The notes under the pieces were generated by a model. The model was not told where the DNA came from and did not search any database. It saw only the letters and a program-made list of their open reading frames with translations. From Basidiobolus meristosporus CBS 931.73 (lineage: Eukaryota > Fungi > Basidiobolomycota): a stretch of 64,000 bases of DNA. The stretch is from positions 62,001-126,000 of the forward strand of contig MCFE01000003.1 of assembly GCA_002104905.1 (NCBI GenBank), read 5' to 3'. Position 1 is the first letter of the stretch. Each line of letters opens with the position of its first letter. Both the position numbers and the translations under genes were made by a program. Positions 27,553-39,132 of this stretch are shown in pieces.

Positions 27553-28305
27553 GCTAGTGTGCTCTCTCGACAGAGGAATTGGACAAATTAAGTATATAAC
27601 TAATGAAAATGGGGTGTCGACAAGAGCTTGTGAGGTCTCGTGGATGCTTTTCTAAATATTGAGAAGTCTCTTGAAGCCCCTATGGGTATGTACAGTAATA
27701 TTTGTGCAATACAATTGAAGCTCACTTCATGCACGTGACGAAGGTAACAACGTCAACCTTTGAAATCTAAATCTATTGAATAGCATATAGTCAATGTGGA
27801 CGTATAGAAATCGTAGTACAGTCAACATTTCAAGTATTTTATGCTGAGCATCTGGCGTCACTGATATTTCATGTTGTGCGAAAACCTCGGATTTTAATGA
27901 AAACCTGATGTTTCTCTGTCAGCAAGTATCCACATCCGTTACGAATTACCAGCAAAATCATTGATACCCTTCCTTTTTCCTAAACCACCCACATATACAC
28001 AAGGTCATTCTCAGAGGACCAAGTAATCGAGAGCAATGTCAGTGGTCTGGATGTAGCATCTACACAGTTCATTTTATTTTGGATTCCTAAATGGACAGTC
28101 ACATGGCAAAATATCTACACGAACGTGATGTAGAGTGCATACGCTCTCGATACCTTGATTCCAAGTGCTCATAAGTCAAATGCTCGTTGATTATAGTGAT
28201 CAAATCAAGCTACATGGGCGATTCTATCATGTATCCAAGTCTTCGAGAGTATTATTGGAAGTACTCTGATGTCTTGGTACCACTATTGTTTGTTCAAACC
28301 AACAT

Positions 28306-29044
28306 TTATTTGCGGTCACGGAATCCCGCTTTGCGCTCGCTGTTGCGCCTCTTCATTGTTTCAAACCCTCCGCGCTCACTGGGTCTTCTCTCTCGGAACT
28401 TTCCGCCTCCAGCACGACTGTCACCAGCCCTTCCAGATAATGTGAAAGGGCCATGTCCAATTGCTACATCTAAGTAATCACCGATCACAAAACGTGCCTC
28501 ATCTAAAGTTTTCTCCTCCTCAGGGCTTTTGCGAGAATTTAGAACAGCGCCAATGTCTTTTGGAATAAACCGCCCACGGAGATTGTCTTGGTAAATAATA
28601 CGAAAAGAGAATTTGGTATCACGACGTTCATATTCTGGATGATTCTGCTTCAACAACATAGAAAGCTCTTTCAGAGTGGTATCCTTCCTGTACAAGTTAA
28701 GTGAGGTAAATATCCATGAAATATACTTGACTACACAAGGGGTGGTTTTCTCAATCACTTACCAAGCGTAAAGTTGAACCTCGTCTTCGACTGGGCTTTT
28801 GTCAAAGTCAAAGTCTTTTATCCGATGATGTTCTCCAGCTTTACAGAATACCCTGACCAGGAAAGGAGTAGTCTACCAATATAGCAAAATTCGAGTCAAA
28901 AACCAAATTCGTGTTTCTCCGTTGACAAGACGTTTTACGTACTTTCTCACGTTCTATCACAATTTTACTACTGCTAGCCTTTCGTGTTGTGGTTGTATAA
29001 GGGTCGGGGACACGTTCTTTTGCTAATCGTCGGCGATCGCTCAT
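28306..29044 (-). CDS. SAP18: Sin3-associated polypeptide SAP18 (ASAP/PSAP complex); 3 exons
   Basis: IEREK|TTPFLVRVFCK...VQLYAW|KDTTLKEL...KTLDEARFVIGDYLDVAI, followed by an RG/RS-rich tail. Confidence 0.92.
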
Positions 29045-29158
29045 TTCTTAGATATGCTAACAAGGAAGTTTAATTATTATGTGCTTCATGAACCATGTCC
29101 ATGTCTATTTTTTTCTTATTTTCAGTGGAGTATCAATGCAATATGAAATCCAAGTAAA

Positions 29159-29173
29159 ATTCTAGAATCTTCA
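29159..29173. promoter_or_regulatory. Perfect three-unit heat-shock element (nTTCnnGAAnnTTCn) upstream of STI1
   Basis: TTC-ta-GAA-tc-TTC at 29160-29172, with additional TTCcaGAA at about 29190 and a degenerate array at about 29320. Confidence 0.7.
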
Positions 29174-29458
29174 AAATCTCAAACCAAGTTCCAGAATAAA
29201 CCACTCGCTTGAATACGTCTCCGTTTCGTTAGATTGCTCATCGAACAGAAATGAGGTTCATTTTAATGCTGAGCATTGGTTCTGATGATTTTCTGTGAGG
29301 TATCGAGGAATGAACTAGAAATTTCCTGACATTCCTGTGAATTTTTCTAGCCAATTGATGACTCCAATTCCCTCAGATACCATCGAGCACATATTCAAAT
29401 AAAGGTTGGCATTGCTCGTCTGTCTATCACTTTGCGCTCAACTCATACCTTATTCTAG

Positions 29459-31374
29459 ATGGTAGAGTTTCGATTTACTGTCTTTACGTATTATTTGTTC
29501 TTGAAGAACTGACCAGGTGTTGTTGCTCATATCTAGGCTGAAGAACTTAAAGCTTTAGGAAACAAGGCCTTCCTTGCTAAAGATTACGAAACTGCTATTA
29601 AGCATTTCAGTGACGCTATTGAACTCGTCCCCGAAAATCACGTTCTATACTCCAACCGTTCAGCCTGTTTTGCTTCTCTCAAGCAATACGAAAAAGCCTT
29701 GGAGGATGCTAACAAAACCATCGAACTGAAGAAGGATTGGGCTAAAGTATATATCATACCTCCTAGGATACCCCTTGCTACAAATTCTTATATTTTACTT
29801 TTGTAGGGTTATGGTCGTAAAGGAGCCGCTCTCCACGGATTAAATAAAATCGAGGACGCTCGTCAAGCCTACAAAGAAGGCTTGGCCCTTGAGCCTAACA
29901 ACGCTCAATTGAAGAAGGGCCTTGAGGAGGCTGAGTTTGCTCTGTACAATTCAGGTATGACTTTGATTGGCACTGGAACATATCTCTTTGAATGCCCACT
30001 AATACGGTTTTTCTCTCAGACGACTCCCCTATTGCAGGAATCAAGGAATTCTTCAAAGACGACATTTGGCAAAAAATTGCCACCAACCCAAAGTTGTCTC
30101 CCTATCTTTCCCAGCCTGACTTTGTGCAGAAAATCCAAGAGATCCAAAAGAATCCCAACTTGATGAGCGACTACATGCAGGATCAAAGAATCTTGTCTGT
30201 CCTGATGTCACTTTTGGGTGCCGAGGTTAAAACTAAGGAGGAAATGGAGGCTATGCAAGCCGAATCCGGCGATCAACCAATGTACACTTCTGAGCCAACA
30301 CCCAGAGCCGAGCCTTCCAAGCCAGCCCCCAAACCCGCACCTGTTCCTGAAGAGCCTAAGGAGCTCACCGAAGAGGAGAAGCAAAAGCAAGAGGCTATTA
30401 AGGAAAAGGATTTGGGTAACCAGAGATATAAGAAGCGTGAGTTTGAAGCTGCATTGGAGCATTACGCCAAGGCCTGGGACCTTGATCCTACCAACATTAC
30501 TATCCTCACTAATCAAGCTGCCGTCCAATTCGAGATGGGTAACTATCAAGAATGCATCAAAACCTGTGAGCAAGCTGTTGAGGTCGGAAGAGATATCCGT
30601 GCCGATTTCAAGTTGATTGCCAAAGCTTTCAGTCGTATTGGTAATGCCTACTTCAAGATGAATGAGCTTGATGAGGCTATCAAGTACTACAACAAATCCC
30701 TTACTGAGCATCGTACTCCCGATACCCTCAACAAGCTCCGTGAAGCTGAAAAGTTAAAGGAGAAGCAAGTCAAGGAGGCCTATCACAACCCAGAGTTATC
30801 TGACAAAGCACGTGAAGCTGGTAACGAGCTCTTCAAGCAAAGCAACTTTGCTGAAGCCGTCAAGCAATTCACTGAGGCTATCAAGCGCAATGAGAAAGAC
30901 CCCAGAGCTTATAGCAACCGTGCCGCTTGCTACACTAAGCTGATGGCTTTCCATGAGGCCTTGAAGGATTGTGAAACTTGTATCTCTATCGACCCTACCT
31001 TCGTCAAGGGCTACATCCGTAAAGCAGCCATCGAATTCCTCAAGCGTGAGTACACCAAATGTATCGAGACCTGCGGCCTTGCCAAGGACCAGGACAAGGA
31101 TGGTAAACACCGTAATGAAATCGAACAACAAATGGCTCGCTGCTACATGGCCATGCAAGGTGTAGGCAACGATCAGACTGAATCGCGCGAAGAAACCTTG
31201 AAGAGAGCTGCCAACGATCCCGAGGTCCAACAGATTTTGGCGGATCCAGTTATGAACCAGATTCTTCAACAAATGCAAGCCGACCCTAGAGCCGCCCAGG
31301 ATCACATGAAGAACCCAGCGGTTGCTGCCAAAATCCGTAAGCTCATTGATGCCGGTATTATCCGCGTTGCTTAA
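29459..31374 (+). CDS. STI1: Hsp70/Hsp90 co-chaperone Sti1/Hop; multi-exon
   Basis: AEELKALGNKAF...HVLYSNRSACF (TPR1), DP1, TPR2A/2B (YSNRAACYTKL), DP2 (ANDPEVQQILADPVM...KLIDAGII). An ATG-only first exon at 29459 is inferred. Confidence 0.96.
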
Positions 31375-31649
31375 GGTTGCCCCCACCATATTCAACCATT
31401 AGCATTCCTAATTCTACTCATAGGGAGTTTGTACATTTGAATTACTTTCTGGTTTACGTTGCAGAAGTCGTTAAAATAAACTGACTACTTGTATAATCCA
31501 ACTGCTACCAAGATACGTACATATATGCGAAATATACACTCTGCAATTCATGGTGTTGACTGTTTTATTAAGGTAATCAGGAAAATTATGCGGATTTTGA
31601 GAAACCAACTAGTGCAGTGGTAACTAAGGAAAGGCGAGTGAGTGCTCTC

Positions 31650-32273
31650 TTACTCGCCAAAGAGTCTCTGGACACGTTTGAGTACAGAATCCTTGGCGGG
31701 ATCTAACAAATAGTGTTATCATAGCTGGATCGAACGAGAATAGGAAAGCCGAAGTATAAACTTACCATAAGGCTGATCCTTGGAAGGAATCTCTAAAACA
31801 GCAGGGAAAGCTTGATCGTGGCTGTCGATGAGCTCACGGATGTCTTCAGCGACCTACGAAAGTACCAGAAAACGTTAAATCGAGCGAGTGAAATGGCTCG
31901 TAACGGATGCAACTTACGTGTTGGTTGATTAGCACGATGGCAACATCCTTACGACGAGTATACTCCAAAAAAGCCTCCTCAATTGTAGCTAGGGTGGTTT
32001 CTGTAGGGTTTCAAGGAAGTAAATCGGTTAGGCGGCCCACAGGATACTCAGCAAAAAAGGTCACCTACTTGAGTCGACAACCAGGAAGTTTGATTTTTGT
32101 CTGGAGTCGATGTGACCAACGCCTGCAAGGAGAAGACCGGTAACGGTATCCTGGAAATATAAAATAGTTGGTAAACCAACCTGGCAATTACGTAACTGAT
32201 GCAGAATAATAACCTCATCTCCGATTACAGCGATAAAGTTACGGTCTTTGTAGAGATTATTTCCCGTCGACAT
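31650..32273 (-). CDS. VMA7: V-type ATPase subunit F; 5 exons
   Basis: IAVIGDE|[12 protein letters not shown]...NFLVVDS|KTT...[10 protein letters not shown]|VAEDIR...[14 protein letters not shown]|[17 protein letters not shown]. Confidence 0.95.
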
Positions 32274-32897
32274 GACTAATAGAGGCTTCTTTTACAGTTT
32301 AGTAAGGAGATTGAACGCTGCAAGAGCTGGGGCTTTAATAACGAAGAGGAGAAAGAACTTACGGAGAGGGAGGGCAAGAGACTTTCTAAATGGACCCAGA
32401 AGCCGTGTTAATCCATTTCTAGATTCGTTCTCCACATATCAAGCTTAGATACAATTCTCCACCAATCCAATCATAGAAAATCCAGGTATTCCAGGATGTG
32501 GTAACGAAATCGTTGTGGCTACGTATCAAACATGTACCCAATCCATCAATTAATCTTAATTTGAGTTGCCATTCCCAAGATGTATAGGGGCTGCGATTAC
32601 AATGAGTAAATTAAAGGCTTCTACATTAAACCATGAGCATCTCTGGACATATTAGCCAGCCGTGTTGAACACATATGGCAAGTAAGATGTGTGTATTTAT
32701 GCCCTGTGTTTATGCCCTCAAGAAGTCGACTCTGGTTTTCCCGGTCAAACTTAGCATAACTTCGTGATTTAAGATAATCCAAACTACCAGTGTGGATAAT
32801 TTTTGGATGCGGCGAAATAAAATTGAAAAGATAATGTTTTCACCTCGGACAAACCATACATTGGTGCCATTCCTCTTTTCCCAGCCTAATTGACGCC

Positions 32898-34242
32898 ATG
32901 CGTAATCTCTTGGTTTTTTCTGGCTCCTCCCACCCAGACCTTACTGACGCGATCTGCGCCCGACTCGGAGTGGAGGCTGCCCCCGCCAACCTGAGAAAAT
33001 TCTCCAATGCGGAGACCAATGTCGAGATTTGGAAATCGGTCCGTGATCAACACGTTTACATCGTTCAGTCAGGCTCCGGCAAAGTGAACGACAATTTCAT
33101 CGAGCTTCTGATCATGATCTCCGCTTGCAAAACCGCGAGCGCCAAAAAAGTCACCGTCGTTCTTCCCTACTTCCCATATTCTAGACAACCAGATGTCCCG
33201 TACGCCAAGAGTGGAGTCCCGGTTCGCAAGAGCGCCTACGTAGGTCTTCGCGACTCCCCCAACCTTTCGAATGTTGTCCTATCTCCAGCAGTTGATCCAG
33301 AAAATAAAGACAAAGATAGCGATGTCCCCATGGAATCCCTACTCCCCTCTGTTGCGCCTATGAGCTCGATTACCTCCATCTTGAGAAGCGACGTATTGGA
33401 CTCCATGTCTGATGTCATCTCGCCCAGCACCACGCCCAGACTCGCACCCGTTGGCCAGCAGAGCAACCCCACCATCCATGTCCCCATGGACAACCGTTGG
33501 GTTAAGCCTGATGGTGCGTATAAGCACTGGGTGGCCAGATCCGGGGAGCTCGTGGCCAACCTACTGATTGCCGCTGGTAAAGGAGCATTTCATTAGATTC
33601 GCATGGTAATGACAACGCATTGACTGAAACTTTCTTTCAACAGGTACCGATCATATCATCACCATGGACTTGCACGACCCTCAGTTCCAAGGCTATTTCG
33701 ACATCCCTGTCGACATGATCAGGGCCGAGTCATCGATCCTTGACTACATCCGATCCCAGATACCAAACTACCAGGATGCTGTGATCGTGTCTCCCGATGC
33801 CGGCGGTGCCAAGAGAGCCACTTCGGTTGCTAACCAGCTCAACCTCGATCTTGCTCTGATTCACAAGGAGGGGAAGATCAACGAGATCTCTCGTATGTCG
33901 TTGGTGGGCGATGTCCAAGGAAAGTCGGTGATCATCATTGATGACATCGCTGATACTTGCGGTACCCTTGGTCTTGCTGCCGAGCTTTTGCATCAGAGAG
34001 GAGCCACCGAGATCTACGCAGTGGTCACTCACGGCATCCTGTCCGGCAAGGCCATCGAGATCATCAATCGGTCCCCAATCAGCCAGGTAGTGGTCACCAA
34101 CACCGTTCCTCACGAGGACAAGAAGGAGATGTGCTCCAAGCTCCGTACTATTGACATCTCTGGTCCATTCGCCGAGGCCATCCGCAGAATCCACAATGGC
34201 GAGACCCTCGCTCCACTTTTCAAGAAGAAGGCCTACATTTGA
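32898..34242 (+). CDS. PRS5: Ribose-phosphate pyrophosphokinase, Prs5-like with non-homologous insertion; 2 exons
   Basis: [20 protein letters not shown], about 100-aa insert, [10 protein letters not shown]|[36 protein letters not shown]. Intron at about 33577-33643. Confidence 0.9.
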
Positions 34243-34637
34243 TCTTGTTCCCATCTCAGTTTCCATAGAATACTGGCCATTTGTACCGCTTATAATAGGA
34301 AATATACTGTCTATACATGCTCGTGGGCTTGGTAGTGATGAGTTTATGTGCGAAGTCTCATTGTATGGGTGTTGATGATATCTTCATTCTCAATAGTCCA
34401 TATGATGGCTGATTGTATATTTGGGATTTTGCCATTGTATTGATCACTGGAATGTGCCGTCCAAGGCCTTGTACAGTACCACTCCACAGCACTTCTCCAG
34501 GTGGTAATACAATCAATCGACCTATCCCTGGTCAACGTTTATGATACATATTTCAAGTGACTTCATTGGATCCTTTTGGCAATTTCTCAGAATGGTGGAA
34601 AGATTGAAGATATAGTATAGCTACAAAACTCACAAAA

Positions 34638-34850
34638 CTCCCACTCAACTAAATATACATATTGACTAGTCCTAATTGTGATCAAAAAGTTGAATTTTCT
34701 ACCTGTTAGTGTACATCCTTAATTGTCTTAAAGTAATGTATTAGGGGCTTCTTGACATAAGCCTATGTCTTGACAAAGCTTTCTTAGTCACAGTGCTTCT
34801 TTTGTAGCCTCACAGGCTGCTATATACTCTGTCTGTGTGGTACAAAGTGT
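34638..34850 (-). mobile_element. Ty1/copia family A fragment (PPT + RNase H C-terminus); first TE sequence after the gene block
   Basis: ctcccactcaactaaa matches the PPT/stop junction at 46755; gcttcttttgtagcctcacaggctgc matches the RNase H EAEYxAACEATKEA region. Confidence 0.8.
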
Positions 34851-34884
34851 AATAAGAGTGTTGCAGGTTCTTGTAATGACTGAC

Positions 34885-35455
34885 TGTTTGGGATAACTGT
34901 GAGAATTTTCATGTTCTGGGTACCTGATATTTTGGTGAGAATATTCCAAGTAAATCCCAACAAGGATTTTGTTCAGTATTCTCTAGAATTTGGAGGTAAT
35001 GGTCTAAGCAACTAAGTTAGGTGAATATTTAGGTGGGAGTACAAGTTTTTACAACACTCCCACTAAACTAAAAAGTCATATCAACTATTCCTAATTGTGA
35101 TGTAAGATATTCAAACTTGTCTCTAGCTAATGGTTTGGCAAATTTGTCTGCAGTTATTTGACCTGTAGGATGGTAAACTAAGTTAGCCAAGTTCTTCCCT
35201 ATAGCTTCATATATGAAGTGATGTCTAATATCTATATGCTTGGTTCTAGTGTCAAAATTTAGATCACTACCTAATTGTACACATCCTTGATTATGTTGAA
35301 ATAACGTAGTAGAGGCTTTTTGACATATTCCTAAGTCTTTGAAAAGCTTTCTTAGCCACATTGCTTTTTTGTAGCTTCATAGGCCACCATATGCCCTGCC
35401 TCTGTGGTAGTAAGTGCCTAGTTGGCTGCTTTCTTGAATTCCACAAAATTGCCCC
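34885..35455 (-). mobile_element. Ty1/copia family A 3' end (partial LTR ending 35056, PPT, RNase H)
   Basis: The LTR half matches 46580-46754. ORF 35068-35361 (RTKHIDIRHHFI...ADKFAKPLARDKFEYL) is a copia RNase H. Confidence 0.88.
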
Positions 35456-35459
35456 TTTA

Positions 35460-36081
35460 TGTTGAGATAACTTGTAATTCCAACTAAATGCTCACCCAGC
35501 TTGGTCACTTAGATCATTACCTTCAAATCCTAGAGTTTACTGACCAGATCCCTTGTTGGAACTTACTTGGAATATTATCACCAAAATATCAGTTACCCAC
35601 AACATGAAAATTCTCACAGTTATCCAAACAGCCCCAAACTTTACACACATACTCCTGAGACCTTCCTAAACCTATTTTATGTGCTTGTTATGCCAAGACT
35701 ATGTAAAAGTAAAAATACTACATTTACATGCAGTAAATCATTAAGCAAAAACCACAATATCTACTTGTTCTCCCAGTCACTTCCAATATCTCCAAGTCTC
35801 TTACAACAATACCAACCTGTTTTGCAACTACTGCAAAAGGAAAGGATGTACATCAGACCAGTGCTTTGAAAAGAGATATATTCAGCAAAAAAAGCCTGAA
35901 TATGGAAATGCTGCAACAACTGCAGATAGACTATTAATATCTGCACTAAATATGACTTCAAACAAGGATTCTCAGATATGGTATATTGACTTTGGAGCAT
36001 CTCAACACATTACACACCAACAAGAACTTATTACCCAATATTGAGAAATTCCAATCAAGAAGGTTTTCATGGGTGACAATA
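35460..36081 (+). mobile_element. Family A LTR (35460-35808, opposite orientation) joined to a gag zinc-knuckle/protease fragment
   Basis: The LTR is the reverse complement of the 349-bp LTR. 35815-36080 encodes NLFCNYCKRKG and WYIDFGASQH, homologous to the 49.8-50.05 kb region. Confidence 0.8.
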
Positions 36082-39000
36082 CCCTATGAGAAATTATATT
36101 TATGATCCTGTCAAAAGGGCATCACAAATTCTCAGTCCTGTGACCAAGAGGTATTGATCCCACCAGGACACTGTGCAAATACTGCCAAAAAAATAATTGC
36201 ACCCCAGATTTCACAAAAAACTTGGTCAAAATTTTTCATCACAACAATACAAAGGTGGCTTTTGATTGGTTATCTGCCAATTTTCTCCCTTTCTGATCCC
36301 AGACACTCTATCACCTGCTACATTTGTGTGCATTGATTGGCTATTGCCTCTTTTTCACACTGCTGACTTCCTGACTGAACTGTTTTTCTTACTTTTCATG
36401 TGTACATTTTGATTTATTTCCATTGAAACTCCAGTTGTACATCAATTGCCAACTATATTGACCTATACAAGTACCTATACCCTACACTAACATTAATACT
36501 CGCCCCACACTCAAAAAGTAGCACCATTAAAATCCACCATTCAGTTAGTATTTCTGCTGTAATGCTCTATTTCCATGACTTTGGCAGGAACCCTACAGCT
36601 TTATGCCATTGTTCATTCACTGGTTCCCATACATGCTGGTCTTCATCCAGCCCTGCAAGGTCTAGCACCTCATCTACCAGTTTTTGCAATAAATCCTTGC
36701 AATATTCAAGTGTGTTTTCTTGAGAACTGCTCTTGAAGAAGTGCTCCAACCTCTGAGTGTGCCTATTAATGTTCCAAAACTCCACTGAAGGGATTGTGAC
36801 AACCTTTTGAGTTCTTGACATTGTTACTTTGTCTGTCAGTGGATCTTGACACTGTCAACAATGGAGGCTGTGGAGGCTGTAGTAGAAAAACTGCCTTTCT
36901 CTGCAAACTCATCCACCTCACTGGAGTGTAGCTCAACTGGCTGCACATCCAACTCTTGTGAAAACAGCTGTTTTCTTGTTGGTCATTCTTCTTGGCTATA
37001 ATTGGATTCAGTTTTTTTGCAGGCTTATGGGGATAATTGGCAAGAGCTGCAGCTTTTTCTCATGCTTCCCTGTCACTGGCTTGGGTAGACTTTTTTCCCT
37101 TTACCTTTTGCTTTATCACTGCCAGGTCTTTCATTGCTACTATGTCTGAGTGCTTCTGGTATTGAACTACATTTTTTTGTTGATAAATGCTGCTCTGATG
37201 CCTTTGTTTAGGCCTGCTTGTCCCTTGCTGGTACTCTGTGAGCAACCTGATACTTCTTTTTTGCTTGTTTCAAGCTCTCAGCCCATGCTGTGACAGGCTC
37301 CTGAGGTAGCCATTTGTTTGTATCACTGCCAGGCCCTTCACTGCTACTTTAACTGAGTGCTTTTTCAGTAGTACTATGCTTTTTCCATGATGAATTTTGT
37401 GCTGGCACATCTGTGTCTGCCTGCATTTCCCTGATTGGCACTCTTCCAGCTACCTGATGTGTCCTTGATGCTTGTTTGGAGCTTTTGGCCCTGCTTGTCA
37501 TGCACTCTTGAGGAAGCTGCTGGCTTTTAGCCATTGCACCCTTGTTCTTCTGCCTTTGATTGTTTCTGCTACTCTTGAGATACTTTCTTAGCATACCAAT
37601 GCTGGCCCAAAATCTGTATGCTTGTTTGAACCCAGAATAATGCTTATGGGGCAAGTCAAGCATGTTCTGCTTGGCCTTGGATTCCTGATAGTCCCATGGT
37701 ATGCCAGCCTTAAGGTATTGGCATGCTAGACTTCTAACAGTCTCTTGAATATTAGCCCACTCATCATCATTGCAATCAACAGACTCATGGATCTTCAATG
37801 TCTTCTGATTTTGAGGATTTGGTATAGATACTGCATTTTCTCCTGCCCATGCTGTGATTGGTTTTTCCTTGGGCTTTACCTTTGGGCACTGTTGTTGTGC
37901 TTTAAAGACTGTATAGTGTTCCTCTGCTGTTACATTGGGAAATGGCTCAATTCTTGGCTGTGACACTGTGCTACTTGAGTTCCTTCCTTGTAGCAAAGAT
38001 ACTGCATTCTCTACCAGGGATATTAATTGCTCTACATATATTATCTGTTGTAAGAGTCTTGGAGATATTGGAAGTGGTTGGGAAGACAAGTAGATTAAGT
38101 GTATTTCACTTAATGATTTATTGAATGTAAAAGTAGTATTTGTACTTTTACATGGTCTTGGCTTAGCAAACATGTAGAATAGGCTAAGGAAGGTCCCAAG
38201 AGCATGTGTGCAAAGTTTGGGGCTGTTTGGACAACCTTGAGAATTTTCATGTTCTGGGTATCTGATATTTTGGTGAGAATATTCTAAGCAAATCCCAACA
38301 AGGAATTTGGTCAGTATTCTCTAAGATTTGAGGGTAATGATCTAAGTGTCTAAGTTAGGTGAATACTTAGGTGGAATTGCAAATTTTAACAACATTATCA
38401 GCTTATCATGTCTCTGGACTATTTCCTGATTTCTCTGGGCCATTACACCTATCCTACCAGCCACTGCACCTAATTGCCTCATTAATGCTTTGGTACAAGT
38501 TGATAACATACTTACCAATACAGGTGGTGGTGATGTTATGACAGCCACTTGCTGGTCTTCAACTGAAGGTACTGCTTTTGCTACATTCTTGTCTGCCTCA
38601 GCATTATGGTCAACTTCCAGCTCTGCAGAGATTCCCATTTGCCTACTTGACTGAGAGCCTGAGGAGTTCACATTATTACCTTTGGGGACTCACTGTCCAC
38701 AGCACCTTTTTTGGTTGTAGCCCTGCTTGTTGCACTGAATGCTAAAGCAAACTGTTATCCAACTATTCTTCTGCTGCTGTCAGTGGTAGGGCTTAGTTGG
38801 GAACTAGATGACTTTGCTTTACTTCTGATGGCATATATATGAAAGTGAGTCATACTAAAGAGGAAATGGTGTTACATATACATGTGTGGGAAGTGCCAAA
38901 GCTTTATTTATAATACTTACTATGGCAGGTTGTTATTTAATCTTACATTCAAGTAGTTGCAATATCTCAAATACATGACTGTCTTAAACTCACATGAGAA

Positions 39001-39132
39001 TTGACAAAAAGGTGATATAATAGTGTTGCATTGTTGAGTGTCAAGCTGCTTGCCCCATGTACAAGACTACTTTGATTCAACACCATAAGAGAAGAGAAAA
39101 AACACCATGTAGCTATTGTAGCAAGCCTCTCA
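36082..39132 (-). mobile_element. CACTA/EnSpm-like element, ORF2 arm in reversed orientation, starting with TIR ccctatgagaaatta
   Basis: Reverse-complement homology to 54640-56635. ORF2 segments at 38342-38671 and 37349-38045. Confidence 0.75.
38046..38394 (-). mobile_element. Solo LTR, copia family A (349 bp), TSD TTATC
   Basis: TGTTG...CAACA ends, with TTATC at 38041-38045 and 38395-38399. Interrupts ORF2. Confidence 0.95.
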
